DNA of 64,000 nucleotides from Patescibacteria group bacterium (GTDB taxonomy: Bacteria > Patescibacteriota > Patescibacteriia > SG8-24 > DYFX01). Positions within the stretch are counted from its first letter, which is position 1. The number at the start of each line of letters is the position of its first letter. The position numbers and the translations under genes were made by a program. The notes under the pieces are model-generated. The model saw only the letters and a list, made by a program, of their open reading frames with translations. It did no database searches and had not been told where the DNA came from. The DNA lies in assembly GCA_030583805.1 (NCBI GenBank), contig CP129476.1:437453-501452 (forward strand). The letters run 5' to 3'. Below are positions 7,959 to 17,078 of this stretch, piece by piece.

Positions 7959-8867
7959 ATGGCTGAATTCTCGCAGTGGTGGCGCGCGTTCGCACAACGT
8001 CTCGACGGCGAGCGCGAACGAAGGATCATCGGGTTCGGCGCGATGGGTCTTTTGCTGTTCCTAAGCGTCGGTCCGACGGTTCTCGACGCCGCCGCAAGCA
8101 CGGCCGCGCTCTTTCCGAAAAAACGCCCCGAACCGCTCCCTGCCGCCGCGCAACAGATCATCATGCCGCCTTCGCGGGACGAAGCGCCGGCCGTTGTTGT
8201 CGCCGAACCGACTGAGACGCCGTCCGTGACGCCGGAGAACGTCGCGCCCGCCGTCGCTCCCCCGCTCACGATTCTTTTCCCGAATGCTGGCGCCGAGGTC
8301 CAATCGCCGGTCGCCTTCGCGCTGCGGCTCGAAAACGCTTCCGCCGTCGCCATGCTGGTCGAAATCAACGACGCTTCCGGGCTGCGCGTCGGCACCTCCT
8401 TGGCCGCACCGACGCCGACAGGCGATTGGAGCGCTTTGTTCACGGCCGAACCTGGCACATACGTCGCCAGCGTGCGCGCCTCGCTCATCGATGGCAGCGT
8501 CGTCTCCTTCAAGGAGCAGCGCGCTTTCCGTGTCCTCGCGCCCGAGCCGTCGATCGCGCCCGCGGACCCCTCCGATCCTTCGGCGGAGATCCTGGCACCT
8601 GACAACGCGAACGGCGCCTATGACGGCATCGCGCCCTTGGCCGCGCGCGTCAAGAACGCCCAGCCAAACACCGTCGTGTTCGTCGTAACTGCTTCGGACG
8701 GAAGCGAAACGCTCGTTCTCGGCACGGAAGTCGGCACGAGCGGATATTGGACCGCCATCTTCGAAGGACCCGACGACGATTATCGCGCGCATGCGCGAGC
8801 CACGATCGGCGAACGCAGCATTTTTTCCGCAGAAAACACCTTCACGTTGCGCGCTTCCGACCATTGA
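7959..8867 (+). CDS. Hypothetical membrane-anchored extracytoplasmic protein (Pro/Ala-rich linker plus beta-rich domains)
   Basis: ATG at 7959 with an AGAGG SD. TM helix IIGFGAMGLLLFLSVGP, then a PEPLPAAAQ..PAVAPP linker and Ig-like beta-rich sequence. Confidence 0.45.
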   Translation: MAEFSQWWRAFAQRLDGERERRIIGFGAMGLLLFLSVGPTVLDAAASTAALFPKKRPEPLPAAAQQIIMPPSRDEAPAVVVAEPTETPSVTPENVAPAVAPPLTILFPNAGAEVQSPVAFALRLENASAVAMLVEINDASGLRVGTSLAAPTPTGDWSALFTAEPGTYVASVRASLIDGSVVSFKEQRAFRVLAPEPSIAPADPSDPSAEILAPDNANGAYDGIAPLAARVKNAQPNTVVFVVTASDGSETLVLGTEVGTSGYWTAIFEGPDDDYRAHARATIGERSIFSAENTFTLRASDH

Positions 8868-8930
8868 CGGCGCGCCGCATTTTGGGCATGCTGGCGCTGG
8901 TCGCATGACCTTTAACCAAGGAGCGGTCTG

Positions 8931-10145
8931 ATGATTCGTCTGAGTCGCACTCGTGCTCTCTCTGTCATCGTTCCCGAGATTCTGAAGCTGCGCGGCGAGA
9001 AGCCCGACGACGCGCCCGTCCGCGTGGCGATCGTCGGCGCCTCCGCGTCCGGCAAGGGACATCTGATTCAAGAGCTTGTCGAGCATCTGCTCGATGTCAC
9101 CGGACGCAAGACGTCGGTCGGCATCCTGGCGCTCGACAACTACTACCGCGGGCGGAAGGAGATGGCGGCGCGCCGCGTACCGCACTTCGACCACCCCGAC
9201 GCGGTCGAGCTGAGTCTCGCGGGCAAGCATCTCTCCGAGATGCGCGTGGGCCAACGCCTCAGCATCCCCTGCTACGACTTCCCGCGCGGCGAACGCGTCG
9301 GTCTGGAGTCCTTCACGGTGCGTCCCATCGTCCTCATCGACGGCCTCTTCGGTCTCGCGGAGGAGATCCGGCAGCACGTCGACTACGGCGTCTACATCGA
9401 TACGGACGTGCACAGCGCCATGCTGCGACGCCTGTTCCGAGACGCCGGACCGAACGGGCGCACCAAGCAGAGCTCGAGCGCCGTGCTCGCGCAGTACTTC
9501 CGCGAAGTCGTGCCGTCGATGCACGCGTTCATCGCGCCGACGGCGGCGCACGCGGATGTTCTCGTCGAATCGCGCTACGACGCCGCCGTCGAAGCCGCGC
9601 ACGCCGGCGCGTTCCAAGCGCAGTGCAAGGCGAGAGGACACGTCGATGACGACGGGTTCCTGGTCCTCGCGGGCGCCCAGCGCCTCGGCGGGGCGTCCAG
9701 GCAGATCGATACGTTCCTGGTGCCCAAGTCACGCGCCGTCAAGGGCGAGATGCTGCGCGTGCGCGAGGAGAACGGCGCGAAGTTCCTGACCTACAAGGGA
9801 CCTCTCATCGAGGGCGTGCCGGGCATCGCCGCCCGCAACGTCACGCTGCCGATCGAGATCGACGACGAGACGCATCGGCGGCTGCGCGACGACTACGAAA
9901 TCGTCTGCGGCTTCGCCAAGCTTCGCACGCTCTTCCACGCCGGGTCGCTGGTGATCGCCCGCGACTCGATCAACCCGCTCGGCAACTTCATCGAGGTGCG
10001 GGTGCCGGACGAGCACGGCGCGCCGCAAGCGCACGAGACGCTGAAGAGGCTCGGTCTGCGCGAGCCGTACATCACCGAGAGCTACTTCGATCTCTGGCAG
10101 AAGGCCGTGAGCGACGGCCTGAAGGCGCATCAGCCCGGCGCCTGA
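8931..10145 (+). CDS. Uridine kinase-like (PRK family) fused to C-terminal CYTH domain
   Basis: N-terminus has VAIVGASASGKG, LDNYYRGRKE, FDHPDA, VLIDGLFGL, IDTDVHSAMLRRLFRD and VVPSMHAFIAPT, which are uridine kinase motifs. C-terminus (from about aa 240) has a CYTH/CyaB-like pattern. AAGGAG SD sits upstream of the ATG. Confidence 0.7.
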   Translation: MIRLSRTRALSVIVPEILKLRGEKPDDAPVRVAIVGASASGKGHLIQELVEHLLDVTGRKTSVGILALDNYYRGRKEMAARRVPHFDHPDAVELSLAGKHLSEMRVGQRLSIPCYDFPRGERVGLESFTVRPIVLIDGLFGLAEEIRQHVDYGVYIDTDVHSAMLRRLFRDAGPNGRTKQSSSAVLAQYFREVVPSMHAFIAPTAAHADVLVESRYDAAVEAAHAGAFQAQCKARGHVDDDGFLVLAGAQRLGGASRQIDTFLVPKSRAVKGEMLRVREENGAKFLTYKGPLIEGVPGIAARNVTLPIEIDDETHRRLRDDYEIVCGFAKLRTLFHAGSLVIARDSINPLGNFIEVRVPDEHGAPQAHETLKRLGLREPYITESYFDLWQKAVSDGLKAHQPGA

Positions 10146-10149
10146 CCTT

Positions 10150-10182
10150 CCCGCAAGCTTTGCTTTGCGGGATTTTTATTTT
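10150..10182. terminator. Bidirectional intrinsic terminator between convergent genes
   Basis: cccgcaa-N8-ttgcggg hairpin followed by a T-run (atttttatttt). Confidence 0.5.
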
Positions 10183-11585
10183 CCTGAAACGAGCCAATCC
10201 TTTAAGAACGCGGTGGCGCGGACATCATCCTCGTTGTAGTCGGTGATTTTTTGAAGCAGCGCGCGGTCGCCCTTTTCGCACCATTCTTGGAACCACAGGA
10301 CGGAGTTGGCTCCGGAGGCGTCAGCCGCTCGCCACCGGAAACCGAGATACTTGGCGACGTCTTTCAGCGAATAAAAGTAGAGCGGGAAAATGACGGCATG
10401 CTGCACGACGCGGTTCAGGTCGATCATGTTGACGCGGTCGAGAGCGGAAGCGGCCTTTTTTGAAATGCCGTGCTTGGCGCTGAGCCGTTTGATCGCGTCG
10501 AGCTCATACCAACCGTAATGATAAATCGGCGCGCCTTCGTAGCCTTCGATGAAATCGCAAAACGCGAGCCAGGCAGCGCCTTCGTCTTCCGGTTTCTCGG
10601 CGGTGAAAACTTTATAAAACTCCTTGCCGTTTTCGCGCACGAGCAGGCCGTGCATGTACTCGACGCCGATCATCGGGTCGCTTTCGATATCGAAAAACAG
10701 CTCGGTCGCGACCGGCGGCAATCCGGGCTCTTCAAGACGTACGATTTTTTTCTCGTGCAGCGCTTGCGCTTGCAGATGCAGGCGTTCAAGCCGATGGTCG
10801 GAAACGCCCGCCACCGTTTCTTGGATTTTCGCGAGGTCCGACTTCGCGAACTTCGCGAGCGTCGCATATCCCGCGTCGCGCAGGCGGCGGTATTCGCTCT
10901 TGTAGATTTTGTAGATCAGTCCGATATCATCCTTCGCTTCGGCCTCGCGCTTGCATTCCTCGTACCACGGCGAGTCCTTGCAAGCGGACGTGAACAGCGC
11001 TTCCGGCTTCTCGCCGGCGCGGATCGCGATGACCTTGTCGAGCACGTCGAAGAAAGCGCTTTCAGCTTCCTCAATCGGGAACGAAAGCCATTCGCGATCA
11101 ACGTTGATGATTTTTCCCTCTTCCGGCTTCACGCCCTGGATTTTCTTGAGCAAGAGCGCATAGAACGTCAGTTGCATCTGATGCACCTCGTTCAACTGAC
11201 GCGAAGATTTGATGTCGACGGCCTCGTACATCCAATCGCCGAAGGTCGAAACGCCCTCGGTCCGAATGAGCAAATCGGGACGGCCGACCCAGTCGCCGTC
11301 CTTGAGCGTGCCTTGGTAGATCGTCGGAACGCCGCGTGCCATGAGCGCGCGCGTTGCCGTGAAAAGCGCATCGGCATCGCCTTCACTCGGCACCTCTTCG
11401 AAATCACCGAGGCTCTCGATGACTTTTTTTTCGTGCAGGACGCCGTCCTCGCGCAGCCGCTCGAGCATGGCCGGCACCTTCCCCTTTTTTTCCGGGTCGC
11501 CGAAAAGATCCCAATACAGCCAATTGGGGCATTTCTCGTGCTTATAGAACGCGTCTGGCGTGAGGTGCGGAAGCGCCTGGGGCAT
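10176..11585 (-). CDS. RecB-like PD-(D/E)XK nuclease fused to RNase-H-like domain (TM0106-type)
   Basis: N-terminal nuclease core (EAVDIKSSRQLNEVHQMQLTFYALLL) with Cys residues (CPNW, C..C) typical of Cas4/RecB-like nucleases, then a C-terminal RNase H-like region. 469 aa. Confidence 0.55.
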   Translation of the reverse strand: MPQALPHLTPDAFYKHEKCPNWLYWDLFGDPEKKGKVPAMLERLREDGVLHEKKVIESLGDFEEVPSEGDADALFTATRALMARGVPTIYQGTLKDGDWVGRPDLLIRTEGVSTFGDWMYEAVDIKSSRQLNEVHQMQLTFYALLLKKIQGVKPEEGKIINVDREWLSFPIEEAESAFFDVLDKVIAIRAGEKPEALFTSACKDSPWYEECKREAEAKDDIGLIYKIYKSEYRRLRDAGYATLAKFAKSDLAKIQETVAGVSDHRLERLHLQAQALHEKKIVRLEEPGLPPVATELFFDIESDPMIGVEYMHGLLVRENGKEFYKVFTAEKPEDEGAAWLAFCDFIEGYEGAPIYHYGWYELDAIKRLSAKHGISKKAASALDRVNMIDLNRVVQHAVIFPLYFYSLKDVAKYLGFRWRAADASGANSVLWFQEWCEKGDRALLQKITDYNEDDVRATAFLKDWLVSGK

Positions 11586-11610
11586 ATGACGACACTGTAG
11601 ACGAGCGGCT

Positions 11611-11643
11611 TTTCTTTTACAAAACCGCCCCGCATGCGCGGGG
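11611..11643 (-). terminator. Intrinsic terminator downstream of cyclophilin gene
   Basis: gccccgc-atgc-gcggggc hairpin with an A-run on the plus strand (T-run on the minus transcript). Confidence 0.45.
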
Positions 11644-11652
11644 CAGCCTTTC

Positions 11653-12330
11653 CTAATTGGACTTGGCCTCGACGATCACGCTCGTCATCGTGTCGCCGAT
11701 CTGAATCGCATCGACGACATCCATGCCTTTCGTGACCTTGCCGAAGACCGTGTAAGAGGGCGGCAGCGGATAGTCGGCCAGCATGATGAAGAACTGGCTG
11801 CCGTTGGTGTCGGGACCGGCGTTGGCCATCGCGACGATGCCGCGATCGTAGGCGCGCTTGACCGGTTCGTCTTCGAAACGATAACCGGGGCCGCCGGTGC
11901 CGTTCCCGCTCGGATCGCCGCCTTGGATCACGAAACCCTCGACGCGGCGATGGAACGTGAGGCCGTCGTAGTAACCGCCCTTCGTGAGATAGATGAAGTT
12001 CGAAACGGTTTTCGGCGCTTCGTCTTCAAAAAGCTCGAAGACGATTTCGCCTTTCGTGGTCTGCATGCGGATCTGGCGGTCCTTGATTTGATTTTCGGGC
12101 AGAACGCCGGGGAAGCTCCAGGTTTTTTCCATAGCCGTGGGTTTAGGTGTCGGAGGCGGGGTTGATGGGTTCGCAGCCGACGGCGGCGGCGACGTCGGAA
12201 CGGTCAAAGCTGAGGCATCGGTCGGACGGGAAGCGGGGGTCGGAACGGGCGGAACGGACGACGACGGGGTGCAACCGGCGCCAAGCAGGATGAGCGCGGC
12301 TGCGGGCAAAACGGCGCGAGAGAATTTCAT
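11653..12330 (-). CDS. ppiB: Peptidyl-prolyl cis-trans isomerase, cyclophilin type, lipoprotein-like with Pro-rich linker
   Basis: Cyclophilin core (FHRRVEGFVIQGGDP, GNGTGGPGY). N-terminal signal plus AGC lipobox-like sequence and a PPVPTPASRPT linker. Confidence 0.8.
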   Translation of the reverse strand: MKFSRAVLPAAALILLGAGCTPSSSVPPVPTPASRPTDASALTVPTSPPPSAANPSTPPPTPKPTAMEKTWSFPGVLPENQIKDRQIRMQTTKGEIVFELFEDEAPKTVSNFIYLTKGGYYDGLTFHRRVEGFVIQGGDPSGNGTGGPGYRFEDEPVKRAYDRGIVAMANAGPDTNGSQFFIMLADYPLPPSYTVFGKVTKGMDVVDAIQIGDTMTSVIVEAKSN

Positions 12331-12336
12331 AGGCAG

Positions 12337-13407
12337 CTATGATAACAAGGAAAGAATCTTTTCGGCCAGAGCCTCGCGCGCGTGCGGCTGAAAGAGCGTG
12401 TGGAGCATGGTTCCGAGGCGTCGGGCGCCATCAGGATGCTTCAGAAGGTCGCGGATGGCGTTCGTGAGCGATTCGGGCGTCACATCGCGCTCGTGAAGCA
12501 TCCTGGCGCCGCCGCGTTCAACGATGAATTCCGCGTTCTTCTCTTGATGCGAGTCGGCGATCGGCACGAGGATGACGGCTTTTTCCAGCGCGGCGCACTC
12601 CGTCAGCGTGCCTAATCCGGCGCGACAGACGACGCTATCGGCGGCGGCAAGGGCATGCGCCATATCCGTGCCGAGAAATTCGATCTGACGGTACCGTTCG
12701 GGGTGCTCGATGTTCCGCGCGGGCAGAGATTTTTCAAGCCCCGTCAAATGCGCGACATCGGCGAACCCCGTAAGATGCGGCAACGCGTCGGTGATCTTTT
12801 CGTTCAAGAAGGCCGATCCGGTTCCGCCGCCGAGCACGAGAACCAGCGGACGCTCGCCGGAAAATCCAAGCGTCGCGAGACCCTTGGCGCGATCCCCTTC
12901 TTCGATCGAACGCCGCACCGGGTTTCCGATCACGGACGTTTTCTTTTTTGGAAAATCTTTTGACGAGATATCGAAGGCCGCGGTGACCGCATCGGCCAGC
13001 GGCGCGAGCAGCTTGTTGCTGAGCGAGGCGACGACATCTTGCTGATGCACGAGTACCTTGATGCCGCGGGCTTTCGCCGCAAGTCCGAGCGGCACTTGCA
13101 CGTACCCTCCCGCGCCGACCACGAGATCCGGCCTCTCCGCCGCAAGCAGGCGTCCGGCGCGCCACACCGCCCCTAGAAGAAGGAACGGGGCGAACAGCGT
13201 GCGAACGTCGAAATACCGGCGTAACTTCGGCGCATCAAGCGCGAGAAAACGAATCCCCGCCTCCTCGACGAGGCGCCGTTCGGGACCTGTCGACGTGCCG
13301 ACAAAAACGCATTCAGCCTTGGGCTGCTTGCGCTTGAGTTCGTCGGCGACGGCGAGAAGCGGGGTCACGGGACCGAGCGTCCCGCCTCCGGCAAAGAGAA
13401 TCTTCAT
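12337..13407 (-). CDS. murG: UDP-N-acetylglucosamine--N-acetylmuramyl-(pentapeptide) pyrophosphoryl-undecaprenol GlcNAc transferase
   Basis: MKILFAGGGTLGPVTPLLAV... GT28 N- and C-terminal domains. True start is the ATG at 13405-13407; the upstream extension in the ORF track is Arg-rich junk. Confidence 0.8.
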   Translation of the reverse strand: MKILFAGGGTLGPVTPLLAVADELKRKQPKAECVFVGTSTGPERRLVEEAGIRFLALDAPKLRRYFDVRTLFAPFLLLGAVWRAGRLLAAERPDLVVGAGGYVQVPLGLAAKARGIKVLVHQQDVVASLSNKLLAPLADAVTAAFDISSKDFPKKKTSVIGNPVRRSIEEGDRAKGLATLGFSGERPLVLVLGGGTGSAFLNEKITDALPHLTGFADVAHLTGLEKSLPARNIEHPERYRQIEFLGTDMAHALAAADSVVCRAGLGTLTECAALEKAVILVPIADSHQEKNAEFIVERGGARMLHERDVTPESLTNAIRDLLKHPDGARRLGTMLHTLFQPHAREALAEKILSLLS

Positions 13408-13483
13408 ACGGCTTACCTTACCGATTTCAGGCCGGTCGGACAAGACGGAATATAAAAAAGGAAGCGGGTGCTTCCTTGAGAAT

Positions 13484-14416
13484 CTACCGACCTCGACGCC
13501 GCTTCTTCTCCCACGCGTCGACCTCTTTGCGGATGGCGCGCGCCACAAGCAGCGTGTGTGCGGCCGGGTTGCCGCGACTGGCGCTTTCCTCGATCGTCTT
13601 GAACTCCGGATACTGCTGACTCCGCAGAGCCAGCTCTTCCAGAGCCTTGAGCGAAGCGTCGTCCGCGACGTAGTTCGCATGCGTCAGAAGATCCAATCGA
13701 CCGAGCGCGTTCAGGATACGAACGTAGCGCGGACGGGCGGCGCGGAAGATGTTGGCCCAACGGGCAAACTCCGCGCTATCAGGATGCAGCCAGTGCCAGT
13801 CGTACGTTTCGCGCTGGAACGACCATGTGTATTGAATGAGATCGTAGGCGAACCGCCTGGCGATGGCGTCCGCCTGATGCACCTTGGAATCCGGATCCCG
13901 AAGATTCCCACGGAACAAACCGCGACGGTCGCTGTCGTCAAAGAACCAGAGCAGGCGGTCGAACGCATGATCATTCAAGAACCACTGCATCCAACCATAT
14001 TCGTTGTTGTTACTGCGCTCCCAACGGAACTTCAGCCACTCTTCGCACAACACGCGGAATGCCTTGGTCGCAACCTGCATGCGTATCTTGTGCGGCTCGT
14101 ACAAGCATCCGGCGCGCGCATGCCCGGACGGCAGTCTCAGGTGCTGCATCTCGCGCTCCACTTCTGACTTGAAATCGCTCGAAACGGTCAGACCGTGCTC
14201 ATCGCGATGGCCGTCGGCCAGGCGGAAGAACAGGAGTACGCGCTCCAACATTTCGTTTACATGCGCGACCGGCACGTCGAACGCCGCGTGCAGGAGCGCC
14301 ATGGCCGTCTCCGGACTCGTGCAGGCTTCCCACTGGAGTTTCCACCCCCGCCAATCGAGCGGCACGAGCCGCATGTTCAGGAGCGGGTGCGTCGTATCCT
14401 CTTTCTTCGTTTCCAT
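13484..14416 (-). CDS. Hypothetical Trp-rich protein inserted between ftsW and murG
   Basis: 310 aa from ATG 14416 (METKKEDTT) with SD GAGGAG 6 nt upstream. 15 Trp residues and no recognisable family. Confidence 0.45.
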   Translation of the reverse strand: METKKEDTTHPLLNMRLVPLDWRGWKLQWEACTSPETAMALLHAAFDVPVAHVNEMLERVLLFFRLADGHRDEHGLTVSSDFKSEVEREMQHLRLPSGHARAGCLYEPHKIRMQVATKAFRVLCEEWLKFRWERSNNNEYGWMQWFLNDHAFDRLLWFFDDSDRRGLFRGNLRDPDSKVHQADAIARRFAYDLIQYTWSFQRETYDWHWLHPDSAEFARWANIFRAARPRYVRILNALGRLDLLTHANYVADDASLKALEELALRSQQYPEFKTIEESASRGNPAAHTLLVARAIRKEVDAWEKKRRRGR

Positions 14417-14469
14417 CTCGATCTCCTCTTCGATGCCGCTGTGCACTGCGGCTCGCGTCCTGTCTAACA

Positions 14470-14496
14470 ATAAAATACCTGCCCGGTCAAGGCAGG
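14470..14496 (-). terminator. Hairpin/terminator-like element downstream of ftsW
   Basis: cctgcc-cggtcaa-ggcagg hairpin with an A/T-run (taaaata) on the minus-transcript side. Confidence 0.35.
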
Positions 14497-14500
14497 CATG

Positions 14501-15613
14501 TTATTTCCGGGGCACCTGGTGCCGCGCTTCTCTCGAAAGGCTCGCGAGGATGCCGACCGCCATCAGGTTCGCGAGCATCGCGGAACCGCCGTGGCTCACG
14601 AACGGCAGCGGCACGCCGGTGAGCGGCATGAGGCCGACCATCGCCGAGATGTTGAGCGCCGCTTGGAAGCCGATCCAGACCGTGATGCCGACCGCCGCGT
14701 AGCGCGCGAACGGGTCCGCCGAGCGCTCGGCGATCTTGAGGCCGTAGCGCACGAACAAGAGGAACGCGAGAATCACCGCCGCCGAGACGAGAAAGCCGAG
14801 CTCTTCGGACACGATGGCGAAAATCGAGTCGCCGGCGACTTCCGGCAGGTATTGGAATTTCTGGCGCGATTTTCCGAGACCGAGGCCGAACCAGCCGCCC
14901 GAACCGATGGCGAGGCGCGCCTGGTTGATGTGGTAGCCGACGCCTTGCGGATCGAGGTCCGGTCGCAGGAAAATTTCGAGGCGTGCCGCGCGGTACGGCG
15001 CGATCTTGATGAAGACGAGGAACATCGCGAACCCCGCCGCGAAAAGCGCGCCGAGATGCTTGAGCGAAGCGCCGGCCGCGATATACATCGCGAACAGGAA
15101 GGCGACGATGACCGACGTCGTGCCGAGATCGGACTGCAGCATCATGAGCGCGACCACGATCGCGATCGAGATCGTGAACGGCAAGAAACCCGTCCAAAAA
15201 CCCTTGATGGCTTCTTCATCGCGCCGCGCGAACCACCAAGCGAAATAGAGGATCAGACAGAGCTTGGCGAGTTCCGAGGGTTGGAGCGACGCGCCGAAAA
15301 GATTGATCCAGGAGCCGGAACCGTAGTCGGCGCGCAGTCCCGGGATGAATCCGAGGCACAGCAGGAGCGCCGCGGCCGGCAGCATGAAGGGAGCCACCTG
15401 CTTCATGCGGTCGACGGTCAACCGCAAGCACAGCAGCAAGAGAACGAGGCCGGGCAGGACGCCGAAAAACAGCTGGCGCTTGAAGTAGTGGTAGCTATCG
15501 CCGAATTTTTGAAACGCCGTCGGCCCCGTGGCGGACGTAAGCATCACCAAACCGAACACCAGAAGCCCGGCGACGACGGCCAGCATGGCATAGTCCGGCT
15601 GATGACGTCGCAT
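14501..15613 (-). CDS. ftsW: SEDS-family peptidoglycan glycosyltransferase FtsW/RodA
   Basis: 10-TM SEDS protein; conserved GGWFGLGLG, RSGDSIFAIVSEELG-like and PLPFVSHGGSA blocks. Confidence 0.8.
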   Translation of the reverse strand: MRRHQPDYAMLAVVAGLLVFGLVMLTSATGPTAFQKFGDSYHYFKRQLFFGVLPGLVLLLLCLRLTVDRMKQVAPFMLPAAALLLCLGFIPGLRADYGSGSWINLFGASLQPSELAKLCLILYFAWWFARRDEEAIKGFWTGFLPFTISIAIVVALMMLQSDLGTTSVIVAFLFAMYIAAGASLKHLGALFAAGFAMFLVFIKIAPYRAARLEIFLRPDLDPQGVGYHINQARLAIGSGGWFGLGLGKSRQKFQYLPEVAGDSIFAIVSEELGFLVSAAVILAFLLFVRYGLKIAERSADPFARYAAVGITVWIGFQAALNISAMVGLMPLTGVPLPFVSHGGSAMLANLMAVGILASLSREARHQVPRK

Positions 15614-15622
15614 ACCTCCGGC

Positions 15623-16657
15623 TCAGCGATCAAGCAAGGAAACGATCAAACCCAGCACGCCGGATACGGCGGCGACGACCCAGAAGCGCATGACGATCGT
15701 CGGCTCCGGCCAACCCTTCGCCTCGAAGTGGTGATGGATCGGCGCGGACAAGAAGACTTTTTTCTTCCGAATTTTTTTCGAAGCGACCTGGATGATGACG
15801 GAAAGCGATTCAAGCACGAAGACGAGGCCAATGATCGGCAGGAGCAGCAGGCTGTTGGTCAGCATGGCGACGACGCCGAGCGTCACGCCCAGCGACATGG
15901 CACCCGTATCCCCCATGAAGAAGCGCGCCGGGTTGATGTTGAACCAGAGGAACGCAAGGAGCGCGCCGACGACCGCGCCGCAAAACGTCGCGAGGTCGTA
16001 CTTTCCTTGGAGAAACGCGATCGCGCCGTACGACGCGAAGGCTGTAAGCAAGGTTCCGGCAGCCAGTCCGTCGAGGCCGTCGGTTTCGTTTACCGAAAAG
16101 GCCGTGGCGATGATGATGAAGAAAAAGAGCGGCAGCATCCAAGCGCCGACTTCGACGATGCCGACGAACGGCACGCGGAGCACGTCCCACTCGAGACGGA
16201 AATAAAACCACCAGGCCGCAACCGCCGCGATGACCGAGTACGAAACGAGCCGATGCCACACTTTCAAGCCTCCGCCGTCGGCGCCGATCTTGCGCACGTT
16301 CAAATAGTCGTCAATCAAGCCGACGATCGCGGCGAAGAAGAGCGCGGCCAGCGGCAAGAGCGTTTCGCGGCGCGAGATGAAGTTCAGCGAAATCCACGGT
16401 TCCGTGCGCAGAACGTTAGCCGCGAGCGACAGCGTGAAAGCCAGGACCAGAACCGCCCCCCAGATGAGAATGCCGCCCATGGTCGGCGTGCCGCTCTTGG
16501 CGGCGTGCAGCTTCGAAAAAATCGGCGCGGACGCTTCGCTGCGGATCTGCTTGCCGAGCTTGAGAAGTTTCAGAAGCTTCGTGACGGCCGGCGTCGCCAG
16601 CATGGCAACCAAGAAGGCTGCCGATGAAACGACAAGAATCGGGATGGCGGAGTTCAT
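15623..16657 (-). CDS. mraY: Phospho-N-acetylmuramoyl-pentapeptide transferase
   Basis: MraY motifs (GLIDDYLNV, NETDGLDGLAAG, DTGAMSLG) in a polytopic membrane protein. Confidence 0.85.
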   Translation of the reverse strand: MNSAIPILVVSSAAFLVAMLATPAVTKLLKLLKLGKQIRSEASAPIFSKLHAAKSGTPTMGGILIWGAVLVLAFTLSLAANVLRTEPWISLNFISRRETLLPLAALFFAAIVGLIDDYLNVRKIGADGGGLKVWHRLVSYSVIAAVAAWWFYFRLEWDVLRVPFVGIVEVGAWMLPLFFFIIIATAFSVNETDGLDGLAAGTLLTAFASYGAIAFLQGKYDLATFCGAVVGALLAFLWFNINPARFFMGDTGAMSLGVTLGVVAMLTNSLLLLPIIGLVFVLESLSVIIQVASKKIRKKKVFLSAPIHHHFEAKGWPEPTIVMRFWVVAAVSGVLGLIVSLLDR

Positions 16658-16658
16658 G

Positions 16659-17036
16659 TCAGAGGTTCAAGAGAATCGAAAGGAGGGTCAGGACAAGGAG
16701 CAGCGTCTCGAGGAGAACAGTCAGCGCCATGAAAAACGCGGCGGCCAAGCGCTCGTGCCGATAGAGGCGGAACGTGATCGCGGCGTTCACGAGAAGCAGC
16801 GCCAACCCGAGAAGCGGCGTGCGGAGCAATCCCCAGGGAGGCCCGATCCGATCGACGCCGAAATAGACCGTATAATGGAGAGCGAAGAACGGGCTGGTCG
16901 CCAAACGCGGCACCACAAACCAAAGCGCAAGCGCCCACGCGAGAAGATTCAGCCCCAGAGACAAGAGCAGCGCGACGCGGACGAACCGCGCTTCGCGCGC
17001 ATGCAGGCGATAGCGTTCGAACAAGCCGACGAGCAT
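16659..17036 (-). CDS. Hypothetical 125-aa polytopic membrane protein immediately upstream of mraY
   Basis: ATG at 17034-17036; 3-4 hydrophobic helices. It is the only protein-like segment of the 750-aa antisense ORF 16659..18911. Confidence 0.45.
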   Translation of the reverse strand: MLVGLFERYRLHAREARFVRVALLLSLGLNLLAWALALWFVVPRLATSPFFALHYTVYFGVDRIGPPWGLLRTPLLGLALLLVNAAITFRLYRHERLAAAFFMALTVLLETLLLVLTLLSILLNL

Positions 17037-17078
17037 ACTGATGTAAAGCTTACCTACAATGCGGTATACTATCAAGGT

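Noticed and set aside
8061-9641. 526-aa minus-strand ORF overlapping the secreted protein and Udk-CYTH genes
   Set aside because: Arg-rich antisense frame. The sense genes have SD sequences and recognisable domains.
13058-14167. 369-aa plus-strand ORF over murG and the hypothetical gene
   Set aside because: Antisense to murG. Ser/Arg/Pro-rich low-complexity translation.
14498-16627. 709-aa plus-strand ORF across the ftsW and mraY region
   Set aside because: It is antisense to two clearly conserved genes. The translation is extremely Arg/Asp/Glu-rich and low-complexity with no motifs, typical of a high-GC antisense artefact.
17037-17078. Possible promoter for pilB in the 42-bp divergent gap (TATACT at 17064)
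   Set aside because: There is no acceptable -35 at 16-18 nt spacing (only TGTAAA), so it is too weak to call.
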